DNA of 64,000 nt from assembly GCA_030141605.1 (NCBI GenBank), contig JAQGDQ010000849.1, positions 1-64,000 on the forward strand, given 5' to 3'. This document shows positions 52,479 to 64,000 of the stretch, in pieces. Both the position numbers and the translations under genes were made by a program. The DNA comes from Tubiluchus corallicola. Its lineage: Eukaryota > Animalia > Priapulida. The notes under the pieces were generated by a model. That model had not been told where the DNA came from, made no database searches, and worked only from the letters and a program-made list of their open reading frames with translations. Position 1 is the first letter of the stretch; each line of letters starts with the position of its first letter.

Positions 52479-52645
52479 TCTACACTATACTATACTGTAC
52501 TGTACTGTACTGTGCTGTGCTGTGCTGTGCTGCGCTGCGCTGCGCTGCACTGCACTGCACTGCACTGCACTGCACTACACTACACTACACTACACTACAC
52601 TACACTACACTACACTACACTACACTACACTGCATTACACTACAC
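52479..52645. repeat. Pentanucleotide microsatellite with graded variants
   Basis: CTGTA, CTGTG, CTGCG, CTGCA and CTACA blocks in succession. Confidence 0.95.
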
Positions 52646-53375
52646 TTAGAAAGTGAACATATGAACATACGTCTAGAAACAGAATTAATTGACTGAAAAA
52701 TGAAAATTTGATCTGACGTGTAAAAATAGAATTTCTAAAACTAATTTACTTGTGATAGGAGGTGTTTCTTAAAAGTCCTGCTTGAAGCGGGAAAACAATT
52801 TTCTGATACCGAGTTCCATGGATAAGCAACCCAAGGGAAACTGGTCTTGTTAGTGACTGTCATGCATCTAAGAATACCGAATAAATCACGAGAAGCACTA
52901 GTAAAAACTACTTCGGACAAACTTCAGTGTTGTAGGAACGAAACACAAGAACATCGCTATGGCAGTCTTCAATATCTAATCACAGAACATTTAAGTGCTA
53001 ATACATGTAGTAGCGTACGGCATTGATATTGAAATGAGCTTCGGTACGGTTCGTGCTTAAAGGAAAACTTGATGATTGTGTAAACACGAGTTCAGAATAA
53101 AGAATGCTCTAAAAAATTGCGTCCAAGAAAATTGCCACGCTGACGTTATAGATACCTACGTACAAACACCAAAAATTTGAGTCATTCCATTAGATTCTTC
53201 CAAAGATACGGAAGGTACGGATAAAACAACAAGTCAAAAGCATAAATGGCGGAAAAATCATTGTGCATCGCTGTTGGTAAAATTTACAGTAATTGCTGTA
53301 TGGGTCCACCATTTTCACTTCAAACTAGACGAAGGAATTGCTTCCAACACGTGACATAGTTTCTCATTGTTTTAA

Positions 53376-53925
53376 AGGAAACCCGGATGATTGTGTAAAC
53401 ATTAGTTCAGAATAAAGAATACCCTATAATATTGAAACGTACAACAGCTTATTCTAAATCACAGCTTAGATTAAATAATAACTACCTCGGTTACTCACAT
53501 TTTGTTAAACTTTCAAAGCTACGCGCGGCTTAGTGAGTCTACTAAGATTGGCAGGGGCGCCTTTTTGTCACATTCGCGTGGCCGACAAATAGAAGGCGGT
53601 ACCGTGATAACCATGATCATGAACTACAATGTTAGTTTCATGACGTTATATGATGTAAAGCCAATTTTTCGTGACATCATGCGTAAAAGCAGTACAGTAA
53701 CAGTTATGCAAATGTGCTTGACGCGCAAGGGAAGACGGCTGCCATTGCACAAACTGTGGTTAGTTTCTGACGTAAGCAATAGCTGTGTTCGGTTGCCGTT
53801 AATTAACTTTCTAAGCCAATTATTTAAATATAAGGAACAATTGTTAACTTTTATAGGCAAGAAAATGTATATTTTGGACAGTAAATTAAAATGGGATTGA
53901 GTCTAAACAATCGTTCGGTCTTCCT
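53376..53925 (+). mobile_element. Family B copy
   Basis: TTAA|AGGAAACCCGGATGATTGTG...CGGTCTTCCT|TTAA; an extra isolated left end lies at 53061-53114. Confidence 0.8.
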
Positions 53926-53953
53926 TTAAGCAACGACTAATATTAACGATTAA

Positions 53954-54345
53954 AGGAAAGGTCAAGTCTTCTGGCATGTTTCTGGCTTATTTCAATGTTT
54001 GCTTACCAATGACATCATTCATGGACCGAAGAAAAGCAACGTACTGTGAATTTAGATATACACAATTGTAAAAAAATTAGATTTGAAATGTTTGAATTAG
54101 TTTAAGCAGCGCCCGCTTACGGATTGACACGATGCGCTTACGAAAAATCGCGCAGTCTCCCAGTTACGTCATAATTTTCAAGCGAATGGCGGCAACCACC
54201 AAGTCTGAAAATTTCTATTCAGAGGTAGTACATTTTAAATTTATGCTTTACAGACAGTTATTTGCAAATTTCTTTGTTATATTTTACTAAGTTTCAGTAA
54301 CAACAGTAAAATAAACCCAACGTGCTGAGTGAGTTGACCTTTCCT
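53954..54345 (-). mobile_element. Family C copy (reverse, internally deleted)
   Basis: TTAA|AGGAAAGGTCAA...TTGACCTTTCCT|TTAA; the reverse complement matches 2500-2750. Confidence 0.75.
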
Positions 54346-54784
54346 TTAAATTTTTGCTTTAGTTCTGATTTGTGGCATTTATAACATTATGATCTGATTT
54401 TGAATTACATGATTCAAATCAATGACAAAACTGCGTTCTTCTGAGACAGGCTAAGTGGCTTCATATTGATCTGCAGGGAATAGTCGCTGAAGATCTTGGC
54501 ACAGAGCCAGAAAAACTACACTCGCAATTTAATATCGCTTAGAGCTGGCGTTTAAGTGCTACAGGGTGACCGAAAAATCTACCAACGTGGCGCGCACACT
54601 TGAGTTTGAAGAATTTCGGATTACAAGGCAGCAGTTTTACTGACGATTAACTACAACTGTCCATTAACTAACGAGGTTTAGCATTGCTTAACTGTTGAGC
54701 ATGTATGGTGACCACTCAGTTATTTTCAACTAAATAACACAGGATACTGTACACGACGCTGCCATACTTAGAAGTTTATTATTT

Positions 54785-55295
54785 GAGGTACGTTAAACCT
54801 AGAAAAATCTCAGCTAAGAATCGTATATGCTCATGCTGTTTTAGAAATGAAATCGAAGGCGAATTACACTTTGTTATAAAATGCCCATATTACAGTGATC
54901 TCAGAGGACAATTATATAATCACATCAATGTATTTAAACCAGAATTTTTACTTGTGAGCGATGGTGAGAATTTTTTTTATTCCTGATGGGAAGTAATGAT
55001 TTAGAAGTAATTAAGGCATTTATTTATTATGTTGAAAAAGCGTTTTTAAGACATGATGAACAATATACTATGTAATGATCATTTCATTGGAAATGAGGCC
55101 TAATGAACGAGAATTTATTTTAAATACTATTCATTAAACTTTTCATTTAAATAACTAAAATAACTAAATGGAAGATTTAATAATATTTGTTTTATTAGTA
55201 ATTGTTTTGTTTGTCTATGGAGTCATTATATTTCAAAATAGAAATTGTATGAATGTCATGTTTTTCTTGTATTATATGTATTTTGACACTAATAA
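54785..55295 (+). mobile_element. LINE (RTEX-like) 3' fragment
   Basis: NRICSCCFRNEIEGELHFVIKCPYYSDLR; AT-rich 3' UTR ending near AATAAA. Confidence 0.7.
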
Positions 55296-55440
55296 ATATA
55301 TCTATTATGCTGGTGTACTTGTTTCCTATATCGACACCAGTACGAAAGCGCCCCCTACAAGTGGCTACTATGCTTACAGCACCGAGGTACGAAGTTGATG
55401 GCAGCCACAGTAGCCCAGACTGCTCGTCTGAATCTATGAA

Positions 55441-56141
55441 GGTCAGTCAGTCGTGAGTTCAGACAGACCCCGAGTGTGCGTACCAGATTCGGTGTCACTC
55501 AGCTGGTCAGTCAGTCGTGAGTTCAGACAGATCCCGAGTGTGCGTACCAGATTCGGTGTCACTCAGCTGGTCAGTCAGTCGTGAGTTCAGATGGACCCCG
55601 AGTGTGCCTACCAGATCGGTATCACTCAGCTGGTCAGTCAGTCGTGAGTTCAGACGGACCCCGAGTGTGCGTACCAGATTCGGTGTCACTCAGCTGGTCA
55701 GTCAGTCGTGAGTTCAGACAGATCCCGAGTGTGCCTACCAGATCGGTATCACTCAGCTGGTCAGTCAGTCGTGAGTTCAGACGGACCCCGAGTGTGCGTA
55801 CCAGATTCGGTGTCACTCAGCTGGTCAGTCAGTCGTGAGTTCAGACGGACCCCGAGTGTGCGTCCCAGATTCGGTGTCACTCAGCTGGCCAGTCAGTCGT
55901 GAGTTCAGATGGACCCCGAGTGTGCCTACCAGATCGGTGTCACTCAGCTGGTCAGTCAGTCGTGAGTTCAGACGGACCCCGAGTGTGCGTACCAGATTCG
56001 GTGTCACTCAGCTGGTCAGTCAGTCGTGAGTTCAGACGGACCCCGAGTGTGCGTACCAGATTCGGTGTCACTCAGCTGGTCAGTCAGTCGTCAGTTCAGA
56101 CAGATCCCGAGTGTGCGTACCAGATTCGGTGTCACTCAGCT
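55441..56141. repeat. 63/64-bp GC-rich minisatellite, 11 copies
   Basis: Unit GGTCAGTCAGTCGTGAGTTCAGACGGACCCCGAGTGTGCGTACCAGATTCGGTGTCACTCAGCT. Confidence 0.97.
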
Positions 56142-56304
56142 GCTGGCTAGCTGGAAAATGCACTTATACATTGTTATACATTCCACTGATAAATAAAATA
56201 TAGAGCAATAAATATAATAAAAAAAGCAAAGAGCTGGCTTTTGAGAGATTGGTGATTGAGAAAATGAATTTTTAAAAGGAAAATAACAACCAGCATCCAT
56301 TTAA

Positions 56305-56907
56305 CCCTTATAGGGTCACCGGGGGGTAAAAATTACCCCCAGACCGGTTTTTTGCATTTTACCCTTTTACCATACGCATCCCAGTAAACCTTTTCTATGA
56401 CTTTTTCTAAATATGTTTTGTGCACAAAATACTTTCAGTTATTTATTTTAGGCGCATTGTCTCACCTCGAAATAAAAGTGAAAATGCAATATGTCGATTC
56501 TTTAAAATTGTCGAAACTTTACTTCTCTTTTCTATACATTATGCGTGCGATGTATCTGATAAAACAAAATGTCAGTTACTCAAATTACTACACCTAAAGG
56601 AAGAAAGTAGTAGACAATAAATTCAAAATAACAATGATTTTTGCACACGCGCTAGCAATGTCGGTTGTCTACAGTTATTCCAGCATAGATAAGGAACGTA
56701 AATAAATGAATTAAAATTTCGTATTACTAGTAAGTCACATGTCTTTAAGTGGTCAGCATAACCACAAATTATGCTGTTGCTGTTTACTAATGAAACACGG
56801 CGGTTTATCAAAATCAAAAGTAATTTACGAATTATGATGGGGGTAATTTTAACCCCCCCCCCCCCCGTTACCAAAATCAGTTGTAAAAAATCGTGACCCT
56901 ACAAGGG
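56305..56907. mobile_element. piggyBac-like MITE
   Basis: TTAA|CCCTTATAGGGTCAC...GTGACCCTACAAGGG|TTAA; subterminal GGGGTAAAAATTACCCC / GGGGTAATTTTAACCCC palindromes. Confidence 0.85.
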
Positions 56908-57099
56908 TTAAGCAAAGACATGGCTTTTATTCAAACACGAACATCTGCATTGCTACGATCAGTTGTTCACGTAAGTGTCCACCTGAAGAATGTATAAAAA
57001 TTGCTCAAATCAGCATTGCGAGAAACAAACAAGAAAATAGTAAATTATAAACTTGCAGATCGTGTTATACAAAGTCAAATGACAGAAAGAATGAAATTA

Positions 57100-57790
57100 T
57101 GTTCTTCGTTTTCCTCTCTTTCTTCTTGTGTTGTTCTAAACATCTATTGGAGCCGCTGTCCTTTATTAGAGCACTCCACTGTTTCCTGTCTGCAGCTAAA
57201 ATTTTCAATTCCTGTGATTCTATTGTTAAATTTGGTTTCAACTGTTGCAAGTCTTTATTAATTTTTCATATCCAAGTTGTTTTTGGTTTGCTTAGAGGTC
57301 GCTTAGTATGTTTCAATGCCTCGTTTAGGCATGCTGATCTTACTGCTGTTGTTTCTGGCAATCTCGTTAAATTTCCTACCCATGTTAGTCTTCTGATTCT
57401 GATTTTGATGCTCCAATGTTTAATGCTAATCTAACTGGTGTTGTTTCTGGCAATCTCGTTAAATTTCCTACCCATGTTAGTCTGATTCTGATTGTGATGC
57501 TCCAATGTTTAATGCTAATCTAACTGGTGTTGTTTCTGGCAATCTCGTTAAATTTCCTAGTCATGTTAGTCTTCTGATTCTGATTTTGATGCTCCAGTGT
57601 TCCTCTTTGGTTCTGTTTAATGCTGATCTTACTGCTGTTGTTTCTGGCAATCTCGTTAAATTTCCTACTCATGTTAGTTTTCTGATTCTGATTTTGATGC
57701 TCCAGTGTTCCTCTTTGGTTCTGTTTAATGCTGATGTAACTGGTGCTGTTTCTGGGAATCTCATTAAATGTCATTGATTTTAGCAGTAAC
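57100..57790 (-). mobile_element. RTE-like LINE 3' fragment with an internally tandem-amplified segment
   Basis: The - strand reads IRIRRLTWVGNLTRLPETTAVRSACLNEALKHTKRPLSKPKTTWI*KINKDL...AADRKQWSALIK, the RRL.W.G / RP..PK.TW / DR..W pattern of RTE-clade C-termini. Confidence 0.7.
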
Positions 57791-58124
57791 CAATTTCTCA
57801 CAAAAACAGTGACTAATGCGCGCATTCTAACTAGTCTTTTAGTCAGTTGTACGAAACCGTGCTAGTCAACATTTCAGAGGGCGCAGAAATATCACATAGA
57901 CATGACAAGACATGTCTGTCACTGCCACTTGATTAAATTATTCGTCACTACAGTGATCCATTATTCCCCTTAATATCCTGTTATTCAGGAATAATGCACA
58001 AACGAAGTACCGACGTTCTTCTCATTGTACGGTAAACGGCAACGATTACGGATGTTTGAAAACAACAGGATAAGAAAACAACGTGTTTGAAAGGACAGTG
58101 ACAATGAGATGGTGAAGTTTAGTA

Positions 58125-58765
58125 CCACCATCAGCAGCATGAGTAGCAGTGACAATCGGTAACAACAACAACGACAACGACAATGGCATCGACAGTGACA
58201 ACAATAACGGCAATAGTAGCAGCAACGGCAACAAAAAAGCAATAACGTCCAATACAAAGCTGCAACATTAGCACTAGCAACAGTAGCAACAGTAGCAATA
58301 GCAACAGCAACAGCAACAAACAACAACAGTACCGCCGCCATCGCCACCACCATCACTACCAACACCACCAACACCACCACCACCACCACTACCATCACCA
58401 CCACCACCACCACCACAACTGCCACCGCCAACACCACCAACACCACCACTAACACCACCACTACTGGCCATCACCACCACCAACACCACCACCAACACCA
58501 CCACCACCACCACCACTACCATCACCACCACCACCACCACCACAACTGCCACCGCCAACACTACCACCACCACCACCACTAACACCACCACCACCACTAC
58601 TGGCCATCACCACCACCAACACCACCAACACCACCACCACCACCACTACCATCACCACCACCATCACCACAACTGCCACCGCCAACACCACCACCACCAC
58701 CACCACCACTACTAACACCACCATCACCACTACTGGCCATCACCACCACCAACACCACCACCACC

Positions 58766-58797
<32 letters not shown>

Positions 58798-58805
58798 CAA
58801 CAAAA
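58125..58805. repeat. CAC/CAA-rich low-complexity repeat with ~135-bp higher-order period
   Basis: Anchors CTACTGGCCATCACC recur at ~58461, 58597 and 58730. Confidence 0.93.
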
Positions 58806-59938
58806 TCACAAAGCAACTTCGGCGTTATGAAACCCAAGAGATATCACTGAAGAAAGATACTGGAAATTCTACTGTAAGATGCAGCCATTAAGACGAAGGG
58901 AAAAGATTAATTTCACGGCACCAGATCAATGGTGATTAATGTGCAGGGAATCATCTACTCCTCTAGTTCTACTAGGACTTTGTGAATTGATGAATAGGAT
59001 GAAAGGAACGCGTGGGCGGATTGGAAGCCTTTATACAACATATTATGGCTTCCATTTCTCGATGGCTTCTCTCTGAATATTATGAAAACTTGTAAAGCTG
59101 ATTGTGGGAAATATTTGCAGATGTACTTGGATTGCATTCAACGATTGATTTAATTATAATCCGGTAATTAAATACATTAATTCAACTAAGGGATAAAAAT
59201 GCTGTGAGTAAGAAGAAATATGGCAGCATTGTGAGAACACTTCTTACATGTGAAGATTCATAAGCAGCCATTCTGTGTTTGTTTGTCTGCCTGTCCGTCC
59301 ATTGGTCTCTCTTTTCTTTCTTCGTTGGTTATTTAGTCAAGCTATTATGAACTTCGTTGGCTAATATGAACTTCTTTCTAATTCATTTCTTTTCTCTTTT
59401 TCTCTGTCTCTGTCTATTATTTTATCTTAAGTACTCCCTGTTTTTCTCTAATTCTCTCTCTTGTAAATTAAGTCGGTTTTTTCACCTTTCATTTTGGTCT
59501 TACAAGCTTTGCTTCTTGACCACCATACAGCATTTATTTCTTGTTGACAAACTATTATGTAGTTTAGTAACTATATTAATATACTTCTGTTAAATTTTTG
59601 TTATTATAATTTGAATTTTTTCCCTAACTATATCATGCCATAGTATACTAACGTAGTTCTGTTACAATTATTGTAACTATATTTCATTTTCTAATTATAG
59701 GGCATAATAGTTAAAGATAATAATGCAAATTGTAACGTAAAAATACATGCTGAAGTGATAATAAATAAATTAGCAAAAATTAAAAATTAAAATTAGCAAA
59801 AAATTATTTTGTTCATTTGTTAGCTCATTTGTGAGCTTGTTTATTCTTTAATCGTTTATTTCTGTGTTTGTCTTTTGTTTCTTTATTACTGTTGTTATTA
59901 GTTGCAGATTCAGTCACGTTTATCGTTGATCAATTTAA

Positions 59939-60552
59939 AGGAAAACAGTATGATTTTTCACACCCTACTCCATTTTGAAGTACAGTAAAGCGCCAATAAG
60001 AAGTATACATTCTAACACAATTAAAACTGTAAAAAGCGTTTCTGATAATTAAGTAATAGGTTAAAGACTCAACTGATTGCGGGCGAGCTCAACTAGTGAT
60101 AACATCACAAACTAACATCATTTCTAATGGCACCAACGTTCCAGGAGCGTGTTTTTGAAAGCAAATATTGGAGTACAATATTCGGTCGGATATACAAATA
60201 TTTGCAAATGTTAAGTTTAAAATTCAAATTTCAAGTTTACCGCAGTGCTCATGCATAAGCTCTCGAACGTGCGTACTACGTCACAACCGAACACATCTGA
60301 AGAGTACTGAGAGTACAGGACTTGTTTTTTGCACAATACGTTTCCGACATGCAGGAGCTAGTGCCCGTCTAACTAACGAATGGCGAAGTGCATGTAACAG
60401 TGAAGAACTAGTGGCACGAACGTCAAAATTGTGTTTGTGTGGTAATGATTCTTTCACGTAAGTCATTTTTGAAAACAATAGAATGTTTCCTTTCAATGTT
60501 TTAAAGGGTTGATTGTTTTGAGCTACAGTTTAAGATTGGGTCCGGATTTCCT
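59939..60552 (-). mobile_element. Family A copy (reverse)
   Basis: TTAA|AGGAAAACAGTATG...TCCGGATTTCCT|TTAA. Confidence 0.8.
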
Positions 60553-60567
60553 TTAAAGCTAGAAACG

Positions 60568-60604
<37 letters not shown>

Positions 60605-60812
60605 GATAATGATAATGATAATGATAATGATAATGATAATGATAATGATAATGATAATGATAATGATAATGATAATGATAATGATAATGATAATGATAAT
60701 GATAATGATAATGATAATGATAATGATAATGATAATGATAATGATAATGATAATGATAATGATAATGATAATGATAATGATAATGATAATGATAATGATA
60801 ATGATAATGATG

Positions 60813-60844
<32 letters not shown>

Positions 60845-60847
60845 GAT
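60568..60847. repeat. (ATAATG)n microsatellite
   Basis: Directly visible; ends exactly at the putative LTR boundary. Confidence 0.98.
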
Positions 60848-62095
60848 TGTGATATATGTGTGGTGTACCACCTATGATATAGGACGCTTTCGTTACGACA
60901 CCACAAACACGTTTTTGCTACTAATTTCCGATATGTGCTGACACGTGGGTTCAGTGAATCTTTCCATTTAAGCATAGTTCACAGGCATGTATACAGAATA
61001 GAAGCAAATAAAACAGGTTTTAATAATACCGATAAATTCTGTGTTTAATGAGATAACAAGTAAAAACAATTTACTTTAAATCAAAACAATAACAAACTTG
61101 TTATAATTATAAACGACGTTTCTAGTTAACTCATGACAAACAGAAGACTAGTTAGCCCCAACCCAGGTGAGGGAGAAGGATGTAAGGTAAATATACTTAT
61201 CAGTTGTAGTGAGTGCAGTCGGAAGCTGTCGGATTCTAAAGTTTGACGTTCTCCATCACTCTGGAAGCTGGAATAACGTGACTAACCGGTTATGCGAACT
61301 TCGTGGAATCTTGAGCAGTTACTCTTTCAAAGCTCAGCAGGGGGTGGAATCTTACGTCGCCACTTCTACAATGCTTGTCAGGTGTACCGAAGTCGTAAGT
61401 GGTTACTTCACCAATCCTAGTGGAGTGCAGTGGAGTCCTGACCCGTGGAGCTCGCGGAACTACCATTGGTACTACGTCTGGTCATAACCTGGTTGTTTCT
61501 GCACCAGATCTCCGGAACTTCTGAACAGCCAGTTTATCGGTGTTTCCGCCTCACGGCTCGAACACCTAACCCTTTGGTGTGTCAGTGCCCTTTAATCACT
61601 TTCTATCTCCACAATAATTAAGACTTGACTTCGATTACTAATGAATGTTCGCCGGAAGCCATATTCGACGACTTCACTGGCTTAGCACGTTCGACACACT
61701 GTGTTGAACCTAGCTTTAATTTCTAGAACAGGTAAAACTGGATGACCTTGTCCTTTAACACGACGATTCATTGGCCAGATAGCCTGTTCAGTTGAGCGTA
61801 TAACCAATCACTTACTTTCTTGTAAAGGAGATCTAGGACAGGTATGAGGTGGGACCCTTCCCAGAGCTAACTATGTGCATGCTCATATATGTACAGTCAC
61901 AACTTGCTTTACTGTAGTAGGTAAATTCGCTTAATGAGTAATTAACTAATGACTCATTCAATTAACATAAGTAATTAGCTAAATTAAGCTATTAATGCAA
62001 CAAAATCATACTAGAATACAGTTCAACTATATTAGAAGGGGTTCCAATGCTGCTCGGTAGTTCTTATATTCCAGACTGACGTCACGGACGTCACA
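60848..62095 (-). mobile_element. Probable 3' LTR (~1.25 kb) of the gypsy element
   Basis: On the - strand a purine tract (GGGGGCTA) directly precedes TGTGACGT at 62095, and the segment ends ...ATATCACA at 60848 (TGTGA...TCACA termini), abutting a microsatellite. The second LTR is outside the window. Confidence 0.65.
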
Positions 62096-62846
62096 TAGCC
62101 CCCGATCAAAGAGTATGCCATATACTTTAAAGTTATGGATGGAATATAAGATCTATCGGGTTAGCAAATACGAATCAAACAAATTATAGATGGCTAGCAC
62201 AATACCTAGAAGCCATGATTTCAACATTAAGACATCATATCATACGGGCCTGTAAGTTCTACTGAAAATTAAGAGTACATTCGTAAACCAACAATTCATA
62301 TGAAGCCTTTCGCAAAGCAGTTAAGCTATCACTATAACCTTTACACATCAGTAAAGTAGGAAATGTAAGCAACGCCGAACTTCTCCAAGTTCGAATTACA
62401 TTCAACAGAGCATTCATCAACTCTATACCTAACTATGTGGTACCACAATGAACGTTTTCCTTTAAACTTATCAACCGCCACGTGGACTTTACGTGATCTG
62501 AAGTTACTATCAGATTAACTAAGCTTCAATATCTGATTCTGAACTAATGGCCAACATGTTCAGCATATAAACATTGGTAGGCTCATGCCTTTCCAATACA
62601 CAAGGGGCCTCCATCGTCCCTTGAAGGAGCACTAACAGGTGCAATACAGTTGGTATGTACCTTGGCGTAGGATGCACATAGAGCATTCAACCCTATGTCA
62701 TCAAAGTAGAAATTACGATATTTTAGGGCTTGCCAATTATAATTCAACCAAATAGATACGAGATTAAACACAAACACAATGTTACGACATTATCACTTTA
62801 AATGTTTCTGGCTATTTACAAGTTACAGTTTTCTTTCTGGTCACTG

Positions 62847-63998
62847 TCACTCTGACTGCAAACGACTAAGTGTATCAGCGACTGGGTTTTGTGCAGCAAA
62901 AATATGCTCAATTGTGAAAGCATATTCGGCTAATTTAAGTGCCCAATGGCACAGACGGCGATTACGCTTGCGCATCTTATCAAGAGCAAGAAGACTTCGC
63001 TGGTCAGTGCGCAAAATGAATTCTCGGCCTTCTAAATAATAGCGCAGTTTTTCGATGCTAAATACAACACTTAAGCATTCTAATTTAACCACTGAGTATC
63101 TTGTTTCCGGTGCGGTTAACTTTCTGCTTATGTAAGTAATCGGGACTTCCCCGAGACCGTCCTTCCGGTCCTGGGAAAGGACAGCACCGAGACCAGTAAA
63201 ACTAGCATCTGTAGTTAATATAAATGTCTCGTCAAAATTGGGAGAATGTAGAACAGAATCTGAGAGATAATCAGGTCGCTGGATATCATTGATAGACTGA
63301 GTTGCTTTGGCTGTTGGGAAGAATGCATATTCAGGAAGACTGGACTCTTCTACTTGTCCAGCACCAATCTTGACCCAGTCATTTTCAACCTCTTCCCAAT
63401 TAATTTGTGCATTGTCTTTGCTCTCTGCATAGAGGGCTAGGAGAACTAGTTCTTCTTCTCTATCCACATAAGGTTTTAAACGATTTATGTGGCAGATACG
63501 ACAGTCTCTTCTCTTGCCAGATTTTCCGATTTTTACTTTGTACGTGTAATCCGAGATTTTGTCTACAATAGGATAGGGTCCACGCCAGGTAGATAACATT
63601 TTGCTGCCTTTCTTAAGACGTTGCAGCATTACCTTATCACCGACTTGGAAGTTCTTTTGTCTAGTCAGCTTATCGTACCATCCCTTTTGAGCCAATTTGG
63701 CTGCCTCGAGAGACTGATGAGCATCTTCCAGTGTCTCATCTAGTGTATTTAGTATTCGAGTCACATACTCATCCACATCTTCGAGGGCTGGTGGCTTTTC
63801 ACAGCCCCATCGCTCTTTCAGCATAGAGAGAGGACCACGGAGAGGATAGCCGAAAACTAATTCGTTTGGCGAATATCCTGTGGATTCCTGAGGAACCTCC
63901 CTATAGGCAAATAAGACAAAAGGTACAGCTTCATCCCAGGGAAGATTCGGTCGATCTTGTACAAGACGTCGAATAGAGTGTTTCAGGCTTTGGTTATA
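62847..63998 (-). CDS. Gypsy (Gmr1-like) pol fragment: integrase core end and GPY/F module fused in frame to RNase H, RT absent; open to the window edge
   Basis: WDEAVPFVLFAYREVPQESTGYSPNELVFG, FQVGDKVM, WRGPYPIV and HINRLKPY (integrase), followed by FILTTDAS..GLGAVLSQ, ISRKL, LRTDQRSL and NPVADTLSR (RNase H). Confidence 0.92.
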   Translation of the reverse strand, partial: YNQSLKHSIRRLVQDRPNLPWDEAVPFVLFAYREVPQESTGYSPNELVFGYPLRGPLSMLKERWGCEKPPALEDVDEYVTRILNTLDETLEDAHQSLEAAKLAQKGWYDKLTRQKNFQVGDKVMLQRLKKGSKMLSTWRGPYPIVDKISDYTYKVKIGKSGKRRDCRICHINRLKPYVDREEELVLLALYAESKDNAQINWEEVENDWVKIGAGQVEESSLPEYAFFPTAKATQSINDIQRPDYLSDSVLHSPNFDETFILTTDASFTGLGAVLSQDRKDGLGEVPITYISRKLTAPETRYSVVKLECLSVVFSIEKLRYYLEGREFILRTDQRSLLALDKMRKRNRRLCHWALKLAEYAFTIEHIFAAQNPVADTLSRLQSE

Positions 63999-64000
63999 AC

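Overview
AT-rich, repeat-dense animal genomic DNA. The syntaxin sequence suggests a lophotrochozoan invertebrate (inference). The first half carries a 5'-partial syntaxin-1 gene on the + strand: seven internal exons (7038-25384) and two alternative terminal exons (27411-27488 and 31970-32050), each encoding a different C-terminal transmembrane anchor. A single-ORF GT-A-fold glycosyltransferase lies at 46669-47739 (-). The right end holds part of a Gmr1-type (integrase-before-RNase H) gypsy retroelement on the - strand. Its RT domain appears deleted in frame, and its 3' LTR abuts an (ATAATG)n microsatellite. The remainder is non-autonomous DNA transposons (several TTAA-flanked Kolobok-like families plus pogo-, hAT- and piggyBac-like MITEs), a 5S rRNA-headed SINE with an intact target-site duplication, a tRNA-headed SINE, LINE 3' fragments, and many mini- and microsatellites. 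Several tandem arrays visibly derive from pieces of mobile elements. Coordinates were counted by eye. Family assignments come from recalled motifs, not database searches.
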